From: Octopus bimaculoides
Taxonomy: Eukaryota
Direction: 5' to 3'
NCBI RefSeq assembly: GCF_001194135.2
Contig: NC_068981.1
Location: 9,264,861-9,298,104 of the forward strand
Length of the DNA stretch: 33,244 nt
Position numbers and translations under genes: made by a program. A model generated the notes under the pieces. That model made no database searches. It was not told the origin of the DNA and saw nothing but the letters and a program-made list of their open reading frames with translations. Below, in pieces: positions 28,503 to 33,244 of this stretch; position 1 is the stretch's first letter, and each line of letters starts with the position of its first letter.

Positions 28503-30519
28503 GGCACAAGCATAGCTGTGTAGTAAGAAGTTAGCTTCCCAACTGCATGGTCCTGGGTTCAGTCCCACTGCATGGCACCTTGGGCAAGTGTCTTCTACTA
28601 TAACCACAGGTCAGATGTATGAAATCTGTCTTGAAAAATTCATCCAACCCATGCAAACATGGAAAAATGGACATTGATCATCATCATCATCATTTAATGT
28701 CTGTTGTCCATGCTGGCATGGGTTGGATGGTTTGACCAGGGCTTGTAAGCTGGAAGGCTGCACCAGACTCCATTCTGATTTGGTATGGTTTTCTATGGCT
28801 GGACGCCCTTCCTAATGCCAACCACTCCGAGAGTGTAATGGATGGGAGGGAGGTATAGCTCAAAGACAAATTGGGGGTGTGGGGGAATAGACAAAGGCGA
28901 CATGCTTTCAGGATCTCATTTTTGCTAAGGTGAACAGGTTTCCTTGAGCCCAGCAATTGTCCAAATCTTGGTCCTTTGTCATCTCCTCCATGAGGCTCAA
29001 CATTTGAAGATCATCTTTCATTACTTCATCCCACATCTTCCCAAGCTCTCTCTTTCACAGCTTCTATTTACATTCAGTGACTGGCACTTCTTTATGCAGC
29101 TTTCATCATCCATATATATATTATCACATGAACATCGTCTTTTCTCTTGCACACTACACCTGATTCCTCTTAAGCCCAGTTCTTCTCTCAACATATTTGC
29201 ATTTTGTCATACATGTATATTGATACTACACATCCAATGGAGAGCAGACTCACTTCATTTCTTTCAACCCTTCACATGTTCTCAGCATTCATAGCCCACA
29301 TTTCACTACTGTGTAGTTTTACACAAATGTCATACAATCTGCATTTCACTCTGAGATCCGAACCTTTTGTAACCAACAGAGGTAACAGCTCTCTGAACTT
29401 TTTCCATCCTATTCTTATTGTAACAGTTACACTTTCAGAAGACACTCCTTAACCCTTAGGTCATCTGGATAACAGAAACTATCTACTACCTCTAAGGATC
29501 GCCTACGTATTTCAGGGAAATAATTTTCTGTGTATTCTTAGTTTATGGTTCTTGTGCCACACACAAAGACTACTTTCTCTGTTAACCACCCTGTGATTTT
29601 AGTGCACCACTGTCCACAGTTTAAACTTTCTACCTACACCTATTTTACATATTGAGCAGGGCTATTTTACTGAAGGGATTAATAGTTTGTTAGTTTTTCT
29701 GCTTACTAGGACTTTGATCTTTACTAAGTTAACTCCAAAGTCCTTTGATTCCAGATTTAGTTTCAACACTGGAATTTCTTATTCTACCACAGATTCATCT
29801 ATAAGGACAAGGTTATAGAGGGGCTCCTACAGGCAATCTGTTGTAAACACCTCTGTTATAGCCTGAAGGACTATCTATATCTATCTATAATCTATAATCT
29901 ATCTATCTATCTATAACTATAGTATAGCTGAGTTTGTGAGTGTGTGTGTGTGTGTGTTGCCTCTATAGAAATCCACACCTTACAAGATAGCAACCTGGGA
30001 GTCGCACCAATGGATTCCTCATGGTCGAAAATGCCCGGAATCGGACATTTGTTTTTTTTTTTGGTTGCTTCCTAACATGTGAATTTTTGCATTAAAAATA
30101 ATTCTAAACCAAGATAGGGACTAGACAACTCATTAAGGACAGAGATGACCATAGTTTAGTAGACATTGAGTTTAGAGGTGAGAAAGAGATAAAGGGTATT
30201 TGTGGGGAAGGGGGAAAAAAAAAACAAAGATTGCAAAAGACACAGATTCTACAGCGACAACTCAAGAGGAGTTTAGAAGCAATAGATGTATTAAGAGGAA
30301 AAGATAGGAGACTTTGATATTATCCAGGTAAGAGATGAATAGCAGGGATTGCTTGAAACACTGACTTCCCGAAAACATTATTTTACTTACTGTATAGAAC
30401 TTCAATTAATGGAGAGTTAGCTGAATATTTTCCTTTTGGTGTTAGTAGTTTTGTAAGCATTTCAAGACCCTGAAACATTTCACCAGCAACTTTCTTTGGA
30501 ATTTGGATTGAAAACTTTC
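11372..30519 (-). CDS. SHQ1: Protein SHQ1 homolog (H/ACA snoRNP assembly factor), 5'-partial spliced gene: complement(join(11372-11614,15209-15248,17526-17646,18611-18734,19344-19397,23107-23210,25265-25315,25454-25560,26707-26819,27659-27834,30391-30519))
   Basis: All 11 exons are AG/GT bounded with compatible phases (1262 nt, open to TAA). Recognisable SHQ1 motifs occur in order: [110 protein letters not shown], then an acidic Ser-rich tail. Confidence 0.95.
12335..12510 (-). mobile_element. RTE 3'-tail retroposon
   Basis: catgtccattttccatactggcaagggttggac... Confidence 0.75.
12678..14124 (-). mobile_element. 5'-truncated RTE LINE (RT C-half, PHD, C-terminus, 3'UTR, tail)
   Basis: Track ORFs 13867-14136, 13508-13924 and 13204-13560 are frameshifted parts of one ORF (LALIAESL..KQGLESKGLRVN..RLRWYGHV..GGPRKTW); (CAT)n tail at 12678. 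Confidence 0.92.
14125..14725 (+). mobile_element. RTE fragment in inverted orientation, internally deleted, with 3' tail
   Basis: VWKQGLESKGLRVNLAK..., PHD region, then a jump to the 3'UTR at ~14555. Confidence 0.88.
15209..15248 (-). CDS. SHQ1: SHQ1 exon (40 nt, CAKQLQSLATELSK)
   Basis: ttccccag|T...AAG|gtaagg. Confidence 0.88.
15530..15830 (+). mobile_element. Old degenerate RTE fragment
   Basis: KFRELLLQLITKDF..RLKGRSYDACVQTA. Confidence 0.7.
16216..16718. other. Assembly gap (503 N)
   Basis: N run. Confidence 1.
16770..17475 (+). mobile_element. CR1-clade LINE 3' fragment
   Basis: LYIAMVWPHMEFASPVWNPYL; RLETVQRHAT; YSERLTSLGMDTLKLRRL; RKHFFMLRVAKVWN..P (track ORFs 16823-17005 and 16962-17369, frameshifted), then 3'UTR. 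Confidence 0.9.
17526..17646 (-). CDS. SHQ1: SHQ1 exon (121 nt, GQLHILKCLLEV...[15 protein letters not shown])
   Basis: tctttag|GT...TG|gtaagt. Confidence 0.95.
17990..18190 (-). mobile_element. Possible LINE APE endonuclease remnant
   Basis: FIIIVYRPP motif only. Confidence 0.35.
18215..18395 (-). mobile_element. RTE endonuclease-end/linker fragment
   Basis: GEEYTTQHKPVINDFRIRARK; similar to ~21750-21870. Confidence 0.6.
18418..18563 (-). mobile_element. tRNA-derived SINE head and core
   Basis: aggcatggctgtttggtaag (A box), gggttcagtcc (B box), ttgagcaagtgtcttc. Confidence 0.85.
18611..18734 (-). CDS. SHQ1: SHQ1 exon (124 nt, [41 protein letters not shown])
   Basis: cttgcag|ACA...G|gtaagt. 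Confidence 0.95.
19344..19397 (-). CDS. SHQ1: SHQ1 exon (54 nt, [18 protein letters not shown])
   Basis: tttcag|GTA...GAA|gtaagt. Confidence 0.95.
19560..20000 (+). mobile_element. RTE RT fragment
   Basis: LHLAFVDMEKAFDR..GVHQGSVLSPLLF..LLYADDLALIAES..GLRVNLAKTK. Confidence 0.92.
20770..20873 (+). mobile_element. RTE/SINE 3'-tail fragment
   Basis: aaggcatccagctgtagaaaatctgc...ggacgttaaatgat. Confidence 0.7.
20892..21221 (-). mobile_element. Well-preserved RTE 3'UTR retroposon with (CAT)n tail
   Basis: (cat)n cgtttaacgtccgctttccatgctagcatgggttgg...; closely matches 5338-5579. Confidence 0.88.
21355..21391. repeat. (TA)n(GA)n compound microsatellite
   Basis: Direct reading. Confidence 0.9.
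21560..22712 (+). mobile_element. Highly degenerate RTE LINE remnants
   Basis: SFPDE..RTRAKWT..IWRRKRWK linker; later pieces resemble the C-terminus (MLYG.., RNEASM..WMCNV.., W..VV). Confidence 0.6.
23107..23210 (-). CDS. SHQ1: SHQ1 exon (104 nt, [35 protein letters not shown])
   Basis: gttcag|AT...ACT|gtaagt; within track ORF 23014-23256. Confidence 0.95.
23322..24107 (-). mobile_element. RTE fragment (RT C-half with PHD) containing an 85-bp tandem duplication and a 10-N gap
   Basis: Track ORFs 23952-24155 and 23512-23874: KQGLESKGLRVNLAKTK; CTQCKLWTHKRC; VDSFRYQG. Confidence 0.9.
25265..25315 (-). CDS. SHQ1: SHQ1 exon (51 nt, DLTEQEKYILTQLPKKQ)
   Basis: tttattag|AT...T|gtatct. Confidence 0.9.
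25454..25560 (-). CDS. SHQ1: SHQ1 exon (107 nt, ADFIDEENIIKKLCSYVCPWSCEKDGNLVHFPKSS)
   Basis: attttag|T...G|gtgagt. Confidence 0.92.
25678..25747. repeat. (GAT)n(GT)n compound microsatellite
   Basis: Direct reading. Confidence 0.95.
26707..26819 (-). CDS. SHQ1: SHQ1 exon (113 nt, [37 protein letters not shown])
   Basis: atttcag|GAA...AT|gtaagt. Confidence 0.95.
27659..27834 (-). CDS. SHQ1: SHQ1 exon (176 nt, ...[13 protein letters not shown]...[15 protein letters not shown])
   Basis: ctgttcag|AT...GCT|gtgaga; within track ORF 27593-27913. Confidence 0.95.
28046..28074. repeat. (CA)n microsatellite
   Basis: Direct reading. Confidence 0.95.
28260..28420 (-). mobile_element. Penelope-like pseudo-LTR-derived repeat, flanked by microsatellites
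   Basis: CpG-rich island in AT-rich intron carrying a minimal hammerhead-like motif; family assignment is inferred from that motif. Confidence 0.5.
28358..28394 (-). ncRNA. Minimal type I hammerhead-like ribozyme motif with variant core
   Basis: UCUUU-CUGUUGA-A-GAG cguag CUC-GAAAC-GUC-AAAGA: stem I UCUUU/AAAGA, stem II GAG/CUC, palindromic ACGU stem III, GUC triplet; A6 replaced by U. Confidence 0.5.
28503..28692 (+). mobile_element. tRNA-derived SINE with RTE-type 3' tail
   Basis: A box gcatagctgtgtagtaag, B box gggttcagtcc, core ttgggcaagtgtcttc, tail catccaacccatgc...ggacatt. Confidence 0.85.
28678..28842 (-). mobile_element. RTE 3'-tail retroposon, tail-to-tail with the previous SINE
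   Basis: (cat)n ttaatgtc...catgctggcatgggttgg. Confidence 0.85.
28945..29877 (-). mobile_element. Old degenerate RTE (RT C-half to ORF end)
   Basis: Colinear similarity to 13200-14124. Confidence 0.75.
29875..30048 (+). mobile_element. (TATC)n followed by a possible non-autonomous Helitron-like 5' end
   Basis: atctataactatagtatagctgagtttgtgag(tg)n resembles Lep1/DINE-type Helitron starts as I recall them; no 3' hairpin-CTAG seen. Confidence 0.35.
30391..30519 (-). CDS. SHQ1: SHQ1 exon (129 nt, [42 protein letters not shown]), end of the CS domain
   Basis: ttttaccag|GA...A|gtaagt. Confidence 0.93.
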
Positions 30520-31114
30520 CTGGTAAAAAAAAAACAAAAAAAAATAATGTTAGCAGAACAAAGTAGAAACAAAAGAACTACAAGTCTAGGAATTTCATGG
30601 AATACCATTTCAGAAGATAATAGCATAACAAAATGCATTCAGACTTTCAGATCCTTGCTTTGAAGTCAGCCATACCAAAAGGGAAGCAAAAGAGAAATGG
30701 TAGACACAGCTCAATCTCTAGTTTAATACTTCAACAGCTCTGTGTTTCAATTTTACTGGAATCAACTCACGTACACACACATAACATCCCCACCAACACA
30801 AAACACAAACATACACACACACCATCCTACCAAATATAAAACACACTCACTCTCACTTTCCCCCCATTCTTCACCCTCTTTTACTATCCTATATATCTCT
30901 CTTCACCCCTACACACTCAATAATACTATAAAGACATGAATCCCCTCAAAAAATTTTAATCTGGAGATTCTACTAGAATAGATGCAAGGGCTAATATATG
31001 ATTTATAAAAACATGTGACATTAATAAAAATCTGTAAATGTACAACCATCCAGATCTCTGAGTACCTTATTTTTTTTAATATATAATACCTGTACATCAT
31101 CTCCAAACCTTCTA

Positions 31115-31217
31115 NNNNNNNNNNNNNNNNNNNNNNNNNNNNNNNNNNNNNNNNNNNNNNNNNNNNNNNNNNNNNNNNNNNNNNNNNNNNNNNNNNNNNN
31201 NNNNNNNNNNNNNNNNN
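31115..31217. other. Assembly gap (103 N)
   Basis: N run. Confidence 1.
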
Positions 31218-31231
31218 ATATATATAAAAAA

Positions 31232-31530
31232 AAGCACCATCTGAATGTGGTTGATGCCAGCATCACCTTCACTGGCTTCCATGCCGGTGGCACATAAAAA
31301 GCACCAACCAATCGTCGTCGTTGCCAGCCTCTTCTGGCCCCTGTGCCAGTGGCACGTAAAAAGCATCCACTACACTCTCAGAGTGGTTGGCATTAGGAAG
31401 GGCATCCAGCTGTAGAAACACTGCCAGATCAGACTGGAGCCTGGTGCAGCCTCCTGGCTTCCCAGACCCCAGTCAAACCGTCCAACCCATGCCAGCATGG
31501 AAAACGGACATTAAACAATGATGATGATGA
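31232..31530 (+). mobile_element. RTE 3'UTR retroposon with (GAT)n tail
   Basis: Repeat units, then aagggcatccagctgtagaaac...ggacattaaacaatgatgatg. Confidence 0.88.
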
Positions 31531-31744
31531 TTTGTTCACGTGTACATGTAATGTGTTGAAATTCAAAAGTATCCATGAGTTAGCTTAAACAATATTTCGA
31601 TACGATTACTTTACCTAGAAATTAAAACAGTTTGCTTAATTCCCATTATTAGTTATGATAAATTGAAATGTCAGTAAAATATTTGATCACTTAAGACATT
31701 TGTTATAATTCAGTCAGTTGTAATCTCTAGTAATTACAACTAAA

Positions 31745-31815
31745 TAATAAATTATCATTATTATTATCATTATTATTATTATTTATTATTTACTTATTTA
31801 TTATTTATTGTTATT
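31745..31815. repeat. Degenerate (ATT)n microsatellite
   Basis: Direct reading. Confidence 0.85.
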
Positions 31816-32261
31816 ACATCTAAGTAATATTTTTTTATGTATTTATGAATGCGTTTGTTAATGTGTTGAAAGTTACTAGACAATGACGAATCAAAGTTGA
31901 ATTAGCAAAGCTGAATATTACATCATCAATATACGTGCACAATAAATTTATCTATAATAGCAAGAATATATACAAACGATCATAATTGAGAAAAGCATTA
32001 ACGTTAACAAATTAAAACCATTATTAAATTAATACGTAGTATCTTAAAATTACTTGTTACTTTATAAAATAAATCACAGATTCCTATGATACGGACTTAA
32101 TGTCCTAGCAACCTTTATATAATACAGTTACCTGTAAATAAAACCTTATATTTACAACTTATTTTATATTTTAATATTAATAAGATAATCTACTAAGGAT
32201 TATTTAATCTTTTTATCCTAAGATATCACCTAATTTATCTTCTTTCTTTTCTTTTATTCTT

Positions 32262-32598
32262 CTATTTGTTTCAGTCATTTGACTGCAGCCAGGACTTATT
32301 CTTTGTAAGCCTAGTACTTATCTTATCGGTCTCTTTTGCCGAACAGCTAAGTTACAGGGACGTAAACACACCAATATCGGTTGTCATGCAATGGTGAGGG
32401 AACAAACACAAACACACACATATATATGTATATATGACAGGCTTCTTTCAGTTTCCATCCACCAAATGCACTCACAAGGCTTTGGTTGGCCTGAGGCTAT
32501 AGTAGAAGACACTTGCTTAAAGTGCCAAGCAGTGGGACTGAACCCAGAACCATGCAGTTGGTAAGCAAGCTAGTTATTACACAGCCATGCTTGTGCCT
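32262..32598 (-). mobile_element. tRNA-derived SINE with internal microsatellite and a different 3' tail
   Basis: Same head as 18418-18563 (gggttcagtcccactg); tail ...gcagtcaaatgactgaaac. Confidence 0.82.
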
Positions 32599-32829
32599 AT
32601 AGTCCTAGTAATCCTTACATAGTATTTAATTTAATGGTAGTTTTTGAAAAAAACATGTTTACAGGGCTGAACACATGATAACTTACCCATTTTTTGTTGT
32701 TAAGGTGTCTACATTTGGAATAATTCTTCCACACAAAGAAAACAAACAATAGGCATTTCCAATTTTATAGGCACCAGCCCTGCTTCTTATTTCCCACTGC
32801 ACAGTAAACGTTTTATTTTTTCCTTTAAG

Positions 32830-33132
32830 TCATCATTATCAGTATCATCATTGATTAATGTCCGCGTTCCATGCTGGCATGGGTTGGACGGTTTGACTGC
32901 AGACTGGCAAGCCAGGAGGCTGCGCCAAGCTCCAATCTGATTTGGTAAGGTTTTTACTGCTGGATGCCCTTCCTAACGCCAACCACTCCAAGAGTGTAGT
33001 GGATGCTTTTTATATGCCAGTCAAGTGGCACTGGCATCAGCCATGCCTGAATGGTACGTTTTACATGCCACTGGCACGGGTGCCAGACAGGCGACACTGG
33101 CATCGGCCACACTCAAATGGTGCTTTTTAAAT
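32830..33132 (-). mobile_element. RTE 3'UTR retroposon
   Basis: (cat)-rich tail, aatgtccgcgttccatgctggcatgggttggacgg..., repeat units. Confidence 0.88.
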
Positions 33133-33244
33133 GCCAAATAAATTTACTAAGGCTGGCAGAAGACGATTTATTTCCATTATTAAAGGTGTAATTGTGATTA
33201 ACGATGTGTTTTTTGATATAAAGTTTTCTGTTGCACCGATGTAA

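Noticed and set aside
31021-31114. EGLEMMY / DGCTFTDFY peptides resembling SHQ1 motifs next to the gap
   Set aside because: The true GLEML exon is at 30391-30519; no phase-1 open frame here to join it
31830-31950. Minus-strand YIDDV RT-like motif
   Set aside because: Isolated pentapeptide with no other RT motifs
1-33244. Prokaryotic systems (CRISPR, operons, rRNA or true tRNA genes)
   Set aside because: Spliceosomal eukaryotic locus; no regularly spaced repeat-spacer array; tRNA-like boxes belong to SINE heads

Overview
AT-rich, repeat-dense eukaryotic DNA, most likely octopus/cephalopod (inferred from recognised repeat families, not proven). It holds two convergent, intron-rich genes that the ORF track largely misses, which I rebuilt by hand from GT-AG splice sites. 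(1) + strand: 11 small exons (555-11243) splice into an open 200-codon frame encoding the middle and C-terminal part of Borealin/CDCA8; its N-terminus lies upstream of the window. (2) - strand: 11 exons (30519-11372) encode most of SHQ1, the H/ACA snoRNP assembly chaperone; the first CS-domain exons were not found. The two stop codons are only 128 bp apart. The introns contain RTE-clade LINE fragments (with a C4HC3 PHD finger inside the RT), CR1-type LINE fragments, tRNA-derived SINEs, a decayed piggyBac, foldback elements, microsatellites and three N gaps. The best leads are a Penelope-type minimal hammerhead-like motif with a variant core, a ~1 kb interrupted palindrome filling the last SHQ1 intron, the PHD-in-RT architecture and probable overlapping 3' UTRs. 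I see no clear evidence for a wholly new multi-gene system.
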